A DNA stretch of 64,000 bases from Candidatus Kaiserbacteria bacterium (GCA_016182485.1 JACPGH010000006.1:90461-154460); one strand, 5' to 3'. Positions 36,552 through 45,157 are shown, counted from the first letter of the stretch. Numbers and translations: made by a program. The notes: a model not told the origin generated them from the sequence alone.

Positions 36552-37048
36552 AAAACATGATTATTCCCGCACATCGATTAGGAGACGTACGGCGGCGGCA
36601 TGCGGGCGAGACCATAGTCTTCGCTAACGGCATCTTCGACCTTTTTCATCTCGGCCATCTGCTATTTCTACAGCAAGCGCGCCGCTTGGGAGATGTACTT
36701 GTAGTGAACGTCCTCGCCGACAAGCACGCCGCGCATTTGAAGGGAGTGAACCGCCCCATAATGAACCAGCGAGAGCGGGTAGCGTTCATCGATGCCCTCG
36801 GGCTCGCAGATTATGTCGTGCGCAGTTCGACCTCCAGAGAAACCCCTTTCCATCCCGCGCAGGATATAAAGCGACTCAAGCCGGACGTCTTCGCCTCACG
36901 ACCCGATATTTTTATCCCGCACACTGCTGCCGAGTATTACAATGAGATAAAGCGTTTTAGTCCGAAAACAAGGTTCGTCGCAATTCCCGAGACGCGCAGC
37001 ATCTCGACTTCGAAAATCATCGCTCGTATCTTGAAACGCGAGCGCTAA
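36548..37048 (+). CDS. Cytidylyltransferase-like nucleotidyltransferase (HxGH family; TagD/RfaE-domain-II-like)
   Basis: GIFDLFHLGH (HxGH) motif. At about 160 aa it is a single Rossmann domain. Its start overlaps the kinase stop (ATGA). Confidence 0.65.
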   Translation: MKNMIIPAHRLGDVRRRHAGETIVFANGIFDLFHLGHLLFLQQARRLGDVLVVNVLADKHAAHLKGVNRPIMNQRERVAFIDALGLADYVVRSSTSRETPFHPAQDIKRLKPDVFASRPDIFIPHTAAEYYNEIKRFSPKTRFVAIPETRSISTSKIIARILKRER

Positions 37049-37063
37049 AGAAAAGTGCGTCTG

Positions 37064-37762
37064 TTAAGCTGCGGCGGATTCGTCGGCGGTGGAGTTGATC
37101 CGGTAGCCGACGCCGCGTATCGTCTCGAGAAAATTCCCCCGCTTCTTGTTATTTATCTTCTTGCGTAAGTGGTTGATATGGACATCTACCACGTTGCTGA
37201 AAGAATCGAAATGAAAATCCCAAACGTTGAACAGAACGTCGTCCCGGGTCACGACCTTATTCGGATAACGCATTAGATATTCAAGGATCCCGAATTCCTT
37301 GAGCGTCAACTTGATCTCTTTTCCGTCGAGAAAGACCTTGCGCGACACGGGGTTCAGGACGATTCCTCCGCTGCGCAATTCTGTCGTGAGTTTCTCCTTC
37401 GGCCGGCGCATAAGCGTCCGGATGCGTGAGAGCAATTCCTTGAAATCGAACGGCTTGGTGAGGTAATCGTCGGCGCCGCTATCGAGCGCGGTCACTTTGT
37501 CGTCCACGTAGCTTTTTGCCGTCAGAACTAGAATCGGGACGGTGATGCCCTTGGCACGCACGCTCTTGCAGATCTCAAGCCCATCCTTTCCCGGGAGCAT
37601 GAGGTCGAGAATGACTAGATCGTAATCGGCGTGATATAGCTCGATCCGCTTCTCCCCCCCCACTCCGTCTGCGACCCAGTCGGCGGCGTAGCCTTCGCGC
37701 TCAAGGCCCGCTTTGAGCAAATTCGCTATCTGCGGCTCGTCTTCGATAAGAAGTAATTTCAT
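37064..37762 (-). CDS. OmpR-family response regulator (receiver plus winged-helix)
   Basis: Receiver with the D-D-K pattern (LLIEDEP...DLVILDLMLPGKDG...LTAK) and an OmpR-type wHTH in the C-terminal trans_reg_C domain. Convergent with the cytidylyltransferase gene (15-bp gap). Confidence 0.85.
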   Translation of the reverse strand: MKLLLIEDEPQIANLLKAGLEREGYAADWVADGVGGEKRIELYHADYDLVILDLMLPGKDGLEICKSVRAKGITVPILVLTAKSYVDDKVTALDSGADDYLTKPFDFKELLSRIRTLMRRPKEKLTTELRSGGIVLNPVSRKVFLDGKEIKLTLKEFGILEYLMRYPNKVVTRDDVLFNVWDFHFDSFSNVVDVHINHLRKKINNKKRGNFLETIRGVGYRINSTADESAAA

Positions 37763-37822
37763 AGTCTAGCTTTGATTATAATGCATCAAACTCACGCTAT
37801 CAACTGCTACATTAAAGCTTAA

Positions 37823-37863
37823 TTAAGGACTCTTCATGTCCTTGATCTGGGGCCTGTCCTTAA
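37823..37863. promoter_or_regulatory. Three TTAAGGAC-type half-sites (TTAAGGAC / GTCCTTGA / GTCCTTAA) in the response-regulator/prmC divergent intergenic region
   Basis: Direct and inverted octamers at about 37823-37830, 37838-37845 and 37856-37863. This arrangement is typical of winged-helix regulator boxes. Confidence 0.3.
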
Positions 37864-37991
37864 TCTCCATTTCATATGCGACCTGGTAGCGTGGCTTGTG
37901 TGCAGGCGTCAGTACTGTAGGTTTTTGTAGGTTCTCGGGCGACGTTTATTAGCCAGACGTAACGAATGGCTATGCGAGAGAACAAATAATT

Positions 37992-38040
37992 GGCCGGGGG
38001 GAATCGCACGGAAAAGCGATTCCCCCCGGCCGCTTTTTAT
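37992..38040 (+). terminator. Strong intrinsic terminator immediately upstream of prmC
   Basis: 16-bp stem GGCCGGGGGGAATCGC/GCGATTCCCCCCGGCC with an 8-nt loop, followed by GCTTTTTAT. It lies 29 nt before the prmC start. No + strand CDS lies upstream. Confidence 0.6.
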
Positions 38041-38068
38041 ACACCTCCCGGCGGGCTATTATTTCCAG

Positions 38069-38884
38069 ATGACAAAGGATGAGCGGACGCTTCTCGAAGA
38101 GAAATACTGGGGAAAACGTTCTGCGGCATATGAGGAGGATCGCGAGCGGCTCGCCCTCGGCGAGCCGCTCGCGTACGTCATCGGCTGGCAGCCGTTCCTC
38201 GGATTGAAGATATACCTTGATTCCAAGCCGCTCATCCCCCGCCCGGAGACGGAATGGTGGACGGAGCTGGCGCTACACGAGGCACAGCGGCGTTCGTTCG
38301 AGGACGTGTCGCAGCGCGACGGCGCGAGACACAGCAAATTTTCAGCAGAAAATTATGCGCGTCCGAGAGCGGACGCCGCTGTGCCTCTCACATTCCTCGA
38401 TCTTTGCTCCGGCTCGGGAGCGATAGGCTGTGCCGCACTCGCACAGTTGCCGCAGGCTCGCGTCTTTTTCGGAGAGATCGACGAGGCACATCGCGACACG
38501 ATCCTGAAAAATATCCGCAAAAACGGCTTGGACCAATCGAGGGCCGATGTCCGTATCGGCGACTTGTTGGAACCGTTCGCCAGCCTGAAGTTCGATATCA
38601 TTGCCGCTAATCCGCCGTATATCCCGAGCGGACGCGCCCTATCGCCGAGCGTGTCCGCGCACGAACCTAAAGGGGCGCTCTACGCGGGAGGGGACGGCCT
38701 CGCTGTCATTCGCCGTATCGCCCGGGAACTTCCCCGATACCTCGCTCCCGGCGGCATGACGTGGATCGAGTGCGATTCGGAATATGCCGAAACTGCCGGC
38801 TCCTTGTTTGCGAGTCAGGGGTTGCAGTTTGAAATACGCACAGACCAGTACGGCCGCCCTCGCATTATCCGCGTGACTCTCTAA
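38069..38884 (+). CDS. prmC: Release-factor glutamine N5-methyltransferase (HemK/PrmC)
   Basis: NPPY motif (IAANPPYIP) and a SAM-binding motif (DLCSGSGAIG). Confidence 0.8.
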   Translation: MTKDERTLLEEKYWGKRSAAYEEDRERLALGEPLAYVIGWQPFLGLKIYLDSKPLIPRPETEWWTELALHEAQRRSFEDVSQRDGARHSKFSAENYARPRADAAVPLTFLDLCSGSGAIGCAALAQLPQARVFFGEIDEAHRDTILKNIRKNGLDQSRADVRIGDLLEPFASLKFDIIAANPPYIPSGRALSPSVSAHEPKGALYAGGDGLAVIRRIARELPRYLAPGGMTWIECDSEYAETAGSLFASQGLQFEIRTDQYGRPRIIRVTL

Positions 38885-38887
38885 AAT

Positions 38888-40036
38888 CTATCTGTCGCCT
38901 GAGATAAAGAAAGAGCCGCTGGTTGTGGATGTATATACTGTTGGTTGCTTGCTAGCAGTTTTAAGTGAGCCGCCCGGTAGCAAATCAATTTTAAGATGAT
39001 ACGAGCCAGGTGGTATGCCAAAAAATGATACTGGCATTTGTACATCGCTTCCAGCCGCAGACATAGATATTCCGCCTCTGTCATACCCTCCTCGAACTTC
39101 GTCATAATATGGCCCATCTTCTTTTGTTGTCGGGGTCTTCTCTTCCGGAACGAGCGTGCTTCGCAGATCGTAGATATCAATCGGGGAAATAAGGACACTA
39201 ATTACAAGTTGTGTATTCCCTTCGTACGATTGCCCTGTTTTGATACCTGAAATACGGATGGTTGTTGTCGCAACGCGGACTGGAACCCGCGGCTGTATCT
39301 TTGCGTCGCAAAAATATGAGGTATCTAACGCTTGCGATGGGCTTACGTCCCCGCGCGCCTCCACTGCAAGACTCTCATGTGTTGCCGGATATCCCACGAC
39401 GCCGGTGCAGAAGAAATTACCTGAGATATCACATCGTTTAAGAAAGACTGCAAGTATCTGACCGTCGGGCGATACATGATATTGAGGTTTTTCACCGCAG
39501 GGAAGAGCTTTTACATTTCTCTGATACCAGCTTTGAAGCCATCTGTCATTCTCTAAATCGGTTTGAAAAGTTTGGAAGTTGAAGCGTGATCCAGCCGCCG
39601 TGTTAATAAACTGAACCAAGAAAAACTTCTGCTTGATGATACTGTTAGAGTCGCCATTGTCTGCAGAAAGCGCTCCCTGCACGTGCGTAGAGAGGAAATC
39701 TCTCTTATCTGCAGTATCCACCCACTCAGCTCGTAAATTCAGTAACGGATATATGCTCATGGCAGGAACAGCAATTACCAAAATTGCCTTCCCGAATGCA
39801 AGGCCTTGTTTTTTCCATCGGGCGAAATAAAAAGCGACGTAGAAAAGAAACGATAAGCCGCAAATTGCCATTCCGCCAATAGAAAAAGGCCCTAATACCC
39901 CTGCTACGATAAGACCTGTTGCCCAATTTGTTTGGGCCAGTAAGATTATTACAGTTGTGACTATCGAGATGCCTCCGGAGGCAAGAACGGCTGTCCTAAG
40001 GACCCTATAGACTTTAGGCAGTTGTTGGCGTGTCAT
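38888..40036 (-). CDS. Membrane protein (4 N-terminal TM helices plus a large extracytoplasmic domain), encoded on a low-GC island
   Basis: 382-aa ORF. The region at about 38890-40040 is visibly AT-richer (about 45% GC) than its flanks (about 60%). No recognisable catalytic motif. Confidence 0.55.
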   Translation of the reverse strand: MTRQQLPKVYRVLRTAVLASGGISIVTTVIILLAQTNWATGLIVAGVLGPFSIGGMAICGLSFLFYVAFYFARWKKQGLAFGKAILVIAVPAMSIYPLLNLRAEWVDTADKRDFLSTHVQGALSADNGDSNSIIKQKFFLVQFINTAAGSRFNFQTFQTDLENDRWLQSWYQRNVKALPCGEKPQYHVSPDGQILAVFLKRCDISGNFFCTGVVGYPATHESLAVEARGDVSPSQALDTSYFCDAKIQPRVPVRVATTTIRISGIKTGQSYEGNTQLVISVLISPIDIYDLRSTLVPEEKTPTTKEDGPYYDEVRGGYDRGGISMSAAGSDVQMPVSFFGIPPGSYHLKIDLLPGGSLKTASKQPTVYTSTTSGSFFISGDR

Positions 40037-40060
40037 GTGTAAATTGTATCAGGACAACGA

Positions 40061-40357
40061 GTGCGATTGTATACTGTTAATATGATTGACCAGCCTCTTA
40101 CGCCCTTCGCGCCTCCCGCCCTCTTCGCGGAGTGGAATGTGTCGGCCATTGCGGTCGGCCCGGCTATCGTGTGGGCGTTCGGGATAGTGGCGGCCTTCTG
40201 GGGGATATACACGCTCATCGCCATATACCACTGGCTCAAGTACTCGCATGCATCTTGGGTCGCAGTTCCCGCGATAGCCGCACATCTGGTGATATCATTT
40301 TCGCTCTTTACCTTCGCAGTTTCCGGAACGCTTCCCGCATTTATCCCGTTTATATGA
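40061..40357 (+). CDS. Small polytopic membrane protein
   Basis: 98 aa with 3 hydrophobic helices. Its stop TGA overlaps the ATG of the next gene (ATATGA). Confidence 0.45.
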   Translation: MRLYTVNMIDQPLTPFAPPALFAEWNVSAIAVGPAIVWAFGIVAAFWGIYTLIAIYHWLKYSHASWVAVPAIAAHLVISFSLFTFAVSGTLPAFIPFI

Positions 40358-40908
40358 AAGAATTCGAACTTGAACCGGGGGAGCACGTGGTGTGGGAAGC
40401 GCGGCGGCATTGGTTCCTGTTCCTCGCAGATCTGTTACCTTACGCCATCCTGGCGATCCTGCCTTTCGCCACTGCGAACGTTATTCCGTTCGTCCCGCCG
40501 CTCGCTCCGTATCAGAAATATTTCGACTATGCCGAGCCGCTCGAACGCGCCCTTCTCGGACTATGGTTCCTGATCGTTTGGACCAGCGCCTGGGGCAGGT
40601 TTACCAAATATTTCCTGAACGCTTGGGTCCTCACGAATCAACGCATCGTGAATATCAAGCAACGCGCTTATTTTAACCGAGAGGTTTCCTCGCTTTTTCT
40701 TTCGCGCGTCCAGGATGCGACGACCGAAGTTGCGGGCATACTGCCTTCTCTCCTTAATATCGGCAACATCAACGTGCAGACCGCCGGCGCTACCGAGAAA
40801 TTCGATATGCGCGGCATTCCCCGCCCCGAACAAATGCGCGATCTCATCCTCAAATACGTTCCTAGCGAGCGGCACAGCGGGCCTGACCAAATAAGCGCGT
40901 CTCGATAG
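40354..40908 (+). CDS. Bacterial PH-domain (bPH_2/YdbT-like) membrane protein
   Basis: The start is MKEFELEPGEHVVWEARRHWFLF at 40354. Two TM helices are followed by a PH-like segment (VLTNQRIVNIKQRAYFNREVSSLFLSRVQD). The longer ORF from 40132 is not supported. Confidence 0.6.
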   Translation: MKEFELEPGEHVVWEARRHWFLFLADLLPYAILAILPFATANVIPFVPPLAPYQKYFDYAEPLERALLGLWFLIVWTSAWGRFTKYFLNAWVLTNQRIVNIKQRAYFNREVSSLFLSRVQDATTEVAGILPSLLNIGNINVQTAGATEKFDMRGIPRPEQMRDLILKYVPSERHSGPDQISASR

Positions 40909-40944
40909 TGCGCTGATTGGTTGGTGTAGTGATACAATAATGCC

Positions 40945-42201
40945 ATGGACGAGCCGCTTTCGACCGACTCATACAAGGGTGTGCGAGATTTTTACCCTGC
41001 CGATTGGGCGCGGCTTTCCGCTATTTTCGCGCGCATCCGCGAGACGCTTTCGCACTACGGCTACGAAGAATACAATGCCTCGCCCTTGGAACGCGCGGAA
41101 CTCTACGAATCGAAAACTTCGGAAGAGATCGTGAACGAGCAGACATACACGTTCATGGACCGCGGAGACCGGCGCGTAACTCTGCGGCCCGAGATGACGC
41201 CGACCTTGGCGCGCATGGTGGCGGCGAAGCGCCGCGAACTCGCCTTCCCTTTGCGGTGGTTCTCCATCCCGAATGTCTTCCGCTACGAGCGGCCCCAGCG
41301 GGGGCGTCTGCGCGAGCACTACCAGCTGAATGTGGACCTGCTAGGCGTGGCGGATTCTAAGGCCGATGGCGAAATAATCGTCATTGGCTGCGAGCTGCTG
41401 AAAGCGCTTGGCGCGGCCGATAAAGATTTCGTTATCCGCGTAAATTCGCGCGCACTGCTTGACAATGCCTGCGAGGCGGCAGGCGTAACTGCTAAGAAAC
41501 GGTATATGCATCTCTTAGACCGTAAAGCCAAGATGACTCCGGAGGAATATTCGGCCGCGCTCGCCGCAATAACCCAGCGCGATCCTCTTGAGCTCATTAA
41601 CGGCAATGCCGAACCTATCCGGGACGAAAAGAAGAAATTGGATGACTTCATCGCCGCTTTAGCGGCCAGCGGCATATCGAATGTGGTGTTCGATCCGCTC
41701 ATTGTGCGTGGCTTCGATTACTACACTGGCATTATCTTCGAATTCTTCGATACAAGTCCGGCGAATCCTCGATCCCTCTTCGGCGGCGGTCGTTATGACA
41801 ATTTGGTCGCTTTGTTCGGCGGCGAACCCGTACCCGCGGTCGGCTTCGGCATGGGAGACGTAACGCTTCTCGATTTTCTGACTACCCACAATCTCCCGAT
41901 TGATACGAGAGCGAGCCGCCCACAGCTCTATGTCGGAACACCGAACGTCAACGATCTCCCGGCGGCGCAAAAGTTTGCCGACTCGCTCAGGAAAGAAGGC
42001 TGCCGTATTTTCGTGAACCTTTCTGATCGTTCCCTCGGCGATCAAATAAAGGATGCGGTGAAGCGGAATATTCCTCTTTTCATCGCATACGGCTCAGACG
42101 AAGTCGCAAATCAGACTGTCCGCATGAAGATACTTGCCACAGGAGAAGAAATGGGACTGCCTGTTTCAGAACTTCCGAGCCATCTGCGTTCGGGCAGCTA
42201 A
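40945..42201 (+). CDS. hisS: Histidyl-tRNA synthetase
   Basis: Class II motifs (RWFSIPNVFRYERPQRGRLREHYQLNVDLLG) and an anticodon-binding domain. Confidence 0.9.
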   Translation: MDEPLSTDSYKGVRDFYPADWARLSAIFARIRETLSHYGYEEYNASPLERAELYESKTSEEIVNEQTYTFMDRGDRRVTLRPEMTPTLARMVAAKRRELAFPLRWFSIPNVFRYERPQRGRLREHYQLNVDLLGVADSKADGEIIVIGCELLKALGAADKDFVIRVNSRALLDNACEAAGVTAKKRYMHLLDRKAKMTPEEYSAALAAITQRDPLELINGNAEPIRDEKKKLDDFIAALAASGISNVVFDPLIVRGFDYYTGIIFEFFDTSPANPRSLFGGGRYDNLVALFGGEPVPAVGFGMGDVTLLDFLTTHNLPIDTRASRPQLYVGTPNVNDLPAAQKFADSLRKEGCRIFVNLSDRSLGDQIKDAVKRNIPLFIAYGSDEVANQTVRMKILATGEEMGLPVSELPSHLRSGS

Positions 42202-42227
42202 CGCCTAGAGCCTAGCGCCTAATTCCT

Positions 42228-42809
42228 ATGAGATCCATCACCTTCGATATCGAGTCCGTCTCCAATTCCGCCGTTCGCGGGCATGTAGACTTGGCAGAAC
42301 AGGAACTCACGGTAGTCGCTATCCATGATTCGCTCACGGGCGAGTATTCTTCCTATTTCAGGGAAGACCTGCCGAAGCTCTGGCCGATCTTAGAGCGTAC
42401 CGACCTTCTTATTGGATTCAATTCAGACGCGTTCGATATTCCCCTCTTAAATCGTTATTACCCGGGCAATTTGATACACATTCGCTCGCTCGATCTCTTG
42501 TCCGAAGTACAGAAAACGCTTGGCCGGCGGCTCCGGCTCCAATCTCTGGCCGAGGCGACGCTCGGCCGGGGGAAAGCGGGCGACGGGCTCAAGGCCGGCG
42601 AGTGGTGGAAGGAGGGCCGGAAAAACGAGGTCGCGGCATACTGCATCGAGGACGTACGGCTGACCCGGGAGCTTTTCGACTATGCTCTCGAGCATGGCAG
42701 TCTCAAATATAAAGATTTGCGCGATATCCGCGACATCAAGCTCGACACCTCCGCTTGGATTACGGCAACGATAGAGATCCCCTCGCTCACGCACGCACTA
42801 CCGTTATGA
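42228..42809 (+). CDS. DEDDy-type 3'-5' exonuclease (RNase H-like fold)
   Basis: Exo I FDIES, Exo II FNSDAFDIPLL and Exo III YCIEDVRLTRELF. Confidence 0.6.
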   Translation: MRSITFDIESVSNSAVRGHVDLAEQELTVVAIHDSLTGEYSSYFREDLPKLWPILERTDLLIGFNSDAFDIPLLNRYYPGNLIHIRSLDLLSEVQKTLGRRLRLQSLAEATLGRGKAGDGLKAGEWWKEGRKNEVAAYCIEDVRLTRELFDYALEHGSLKYKDLRDIRDIKLDTSAWITATIEIPSLTHALPL

Positions 42810-43495
42810 AATCCTCATTCACGATACCCATCGCGATCATAGCGGGTGGGCTCATCGTGGCGGGGGCGGTGTATGTCTCGTCCTACCGGTCAAAAGTGAC
42901 GGGCGGAAATCCCGCGCTAGTGCGACCCGTAAGCGCGTCGGACCATATCTTCGGGAATCCGGCGGCTCGCGTCATGATCGTCGAATATTCGGACTTCGAC
43001 TGCATTCCCTGCAAGGAATTCGAGGTGATTTTGCGTCAAGTAGTCGCGAGCGAAGCGGCAAGCGGGAGCGTCGCGCTGGTATTCCGCCATTTTCCGCTCA
43101 CGGAGCTGCACCCCAACGCGCTTGCGCTCGCCAAAGCCGCGGAATGCGCAGGAGAAGCCGGCGGCAACGAGGCTTTCTGGCGCTTTGCCGACGCGCTCTT
43201 TGCGAATCAGCCGGTCTCTCCGTCTGGGCTAGGCGCTCTCGCGATGCAAGCTCGAATTCCTGGCAGCGGCGCGGATACTGATGGAAATACGTTCGCGACC
43301 TGTTACGCGAGCGAATCGGCATCCAAACCGCTCGTGGAGCGCATTATGAGAGACCGTCAAAATGCCCTGGACATGGGCGCGCAAGGCGCGCCGTACACGG
43401 TCATTTTGAGAAGCGGAATGGCTCCGATCGTCATGAACGGCGCCTACTCCTACTACGCCGTAAAAGAGCTCGTCAACCGCGCGCTCGGCAAGTGA
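42806..43495 (+). CDS. DsbA-like thiol:disulfide oxidoreductase, membrane-anchored
   Basis: CIPC active site (YSDFDCIPCKEF). The start at MKSSFTIPIAIIAGGLIVAG (ATG 42806) overlaps the upstream stop (ATGA). Confidence 0.7.
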   Translation: MKSSFTIPIAIIAGGLIVAGAVYVSSYRSKVTGGNPALVRPVSASDHIFGNPAARVMIVEYSDFDCIPCKEFEVILRQVVASEAASGSVALVFRHFPLTELHPNALALAKAAECAGEAGGNEAFWRFADALFANQPVSPSGLGALAMQARIPGSGADTDGNTFATCYASESASKPLVERIMRDRQNALDMGAQGAPYTVILRSGMAPIVMNGAYSYYAVKELVNRALGK

Positions 43496-43537
43496 AAACC
43501 CTGACACTAAGCCACGGATCCGGGAGTCGACTCCGGA

Positions 43538-44076
43538 AAGATTGACAAAAATCAAGCGCTGTGCTAGCGTACACCTAGATTGTACTTAATAAGGAGGTCT
43601 TTAAGCCTCGGCCAACGGAGGCTAGCGTTTAGGCGCTGGCAATAGTTGGCCAACGAGAAGTAGCTTCCGGAGCAAATGCCCCACCTAACCGTGACTGATC
43701 GAAGCAGCTTGCTTTCTGAGCGGCGAGAGAAATCGTCTTCTGCCAGGACAGTATTTGCCAGAAGATGAGCCTACGCCCCGAGGGAAGGCCAGTATGGGCT
43801 GCGAACTGAAAGTCATTCGGGCATCCTCATGAAGCGACAGAGTTTCTCGTACAGGCTCGGGATGTGCTGAGAAGAGCCGGGATAGCGGAGGCCATCGATG
43901 TCTGATGGTAATAAGCGTCCCTCGTATTGGGTGAGTTCGATCCGGCGACCTCAACGTGGTGGAGAACATCGCCATTCGCCGGGGTAGAATACTGCCCGAA
44001 ACGTAGAAAGCTCGGCCTGCAGAAGGCCCTCGGCAAAATCGGAAGGGCCCTCGACATCGTCGAGGGCCCTTTTTCA
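43538..44076 (+). ncRNA. Candidate non-coding transcript (promoter-like TTGACA, orphan SD AAGGAGGT, canonical terminator, no ORF of 15 aa or more)
   Basis: TTGACA at 43538, then TAGCGT 17 nt later. AAGGAGGT has no start codon within 15 nt. The terminator is GGGCCCTCGACATCGTCGAGGGCCC plus TTTTTCA at 44046-44076. All ORFs in the region are short or antisense-like. Confidence 0.25.
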
Positions 44077-44201
44077 TTCCTCTGCCAACTCAAAGCCTGT
44101 GGTTAGGAAATTCACATTAACCGTGATAGAAATAAAGCGGATGTGCTCGCAAGTCGAACAGTTCGACTTGCGAATTAAATCATGCCACAGCGGAGGACCG
44201 A

Positions 44202-44783
44202 GTGAACAAGCGGATCGCGGTGCTCGTATCCGGTACTGGCTCACTACTCGATGCGATGATCAAGGACGGTCTCCCGATCGACCTGGTCGTGGCTGATCGC
44301 CCCTGCCGCGGGATCGACGTGGTGACGCTAAGCGCCCAGCCGGCGATACCTGCAGCTGTTCTCTACCGCGCTAGCTACGGAAAGGGGCTAGCCTTCAAGC
44401 GGGAACTCTACACGGCCTGGCTCACGGACTTCCTGGAGCGGTTTGGCATCGACATCGTGGTGATGGCGGGCTTCATGACCGTGCTGTCCCCAATGATCTT
44501 CGAGCCAAGGCACTATGGTGGACGGATCTTGAACAGCCACCCGTCCCTGTTGCCGTTGTTCAAGGGAGATCGCGCGGTTCGAGACGCACTCGCTTCCGGC
44601 GTGCAGATCACCGGGACCACGATCCATGTCGCGACACCCGAAGTTGACAGCGGTCCCATTCTCGCTCAGGAGGAGGTGCCCATCCTCGATGGAGATACCG
44701 AGGGAACGCTCCATGAGCGTATCAAGCAGGTGGAGCGGGTCCTGTACCCCAAGACCATCCGCGCCTTCGCAGCTCACCTGTAA
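44202..44783 (+). CDS. purN: Phosphoribosylglycinamide formyltransferase (PurN)
   Basis: GTG start with GGAGGA upstream. Motifs IAVLVSGTGS and NSHPSLLPLFKGDRAVRDALASGVQITGTTIHVATPEVDSGPI. Confidence 0.85.
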   Translation: MNKRIAVLVSGTGSLLDAMIKDGLPIDLVVADRPCRGIDVVTLSAQPAIPAAVLYRASYGKGLAFKRELYTAWLTDFLERFGIDIVVMAGFMTVLSPMIFEPRHYGGRILNSHPSLLPLFKGDRAVRDALASGVQITGTTIHVATPEVDSGPILAQEEVPILDGDTEGTLHERIKQVERVLYPKTIRAFAAHL

Positions 44784-44798
44784 CCGCCAAGAGGAAAC

Positions 44799-44969
44799 AT
44801 GAGTTCTCCACAGACGGGACTCGAGGGCGAGATCTGCTCGGACTGTCACGACAAGGGATTCGTCTGGACAGGGCCTAGGAATGACCCCAAGAACCGGATT
44901 CCCTGTGATTCCAGCGGCTGTCCCTTCCGCAAGTCGCTTCAGGAGTTGCAGGACCTTCGGCCGCGATAA
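44799..44969 (+). CDS. Small Cys-rich (CxxC...Cx4C) zinc-ribbon-like protein, 56 aa
   Basis: AAGAGGAAAC precedes the ATG at 44799. The peptide is MSSPQTGLEGEICSDCHDKGFVWTGPRNDPKNRIPCDSSGCPFRKSLQELQDLRPR. It was not in the ORF track because it is under 60 aa. It is followed by a terminator. Confidence 0.45.
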   Translation: MSSPQTGLEGEICSDCHDKGFVWTGPRNDPKNRIPCDSSGCPFRKSLQELQDLRPR

Positions 44970-44988
44970 CAAGGCCATCCTCGAGAGA

Positions 44989-45038
44989 CGGAGAAAGTGG
45001 CCGTCTCTCGGGACGGCCTTTCTTTTTTACATATCCAG
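44989..45038 (+). terminator. Intrinsic terminator with an overlapping alternative hairpin
   Basis: GGCCGTC-TCTCGG-GACGGCC followed by TTTCTTTTTT. An alternative stem CGAGAGACGG...CCGTCTCTCG shares the 3' arm. Confidence 0.6.
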
Positions 45039-45157
45039 GCAAATCAACAGCGAGCCTTATCTCAGTATTTTTGCGAAATACTACATTAATAATATGAAGT
45101 AGTTATAGCCGTATGTTCCTTAATAGTAACGGTCGTATGTATTATGGAACACCTTGA

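Noticed and set aside
40132-40353. First 74 codons of ORF 40132..40908
   Set aside because: They overlap the 40061..40357 membrane-protein gene in another frame. A clean start (MKEFELEPGE) coupled by ATATGA lies at 40354.
43685-44093. Minus-strand ORFs 43685..44077 (130 aa) and 43827..44093 (88 aa) in the purN upstream region
   Set aside because: Their Arg/Pro/Gly-rich sequences have no RBS and overlap a + strand terminator. The region is treated as non-coding.
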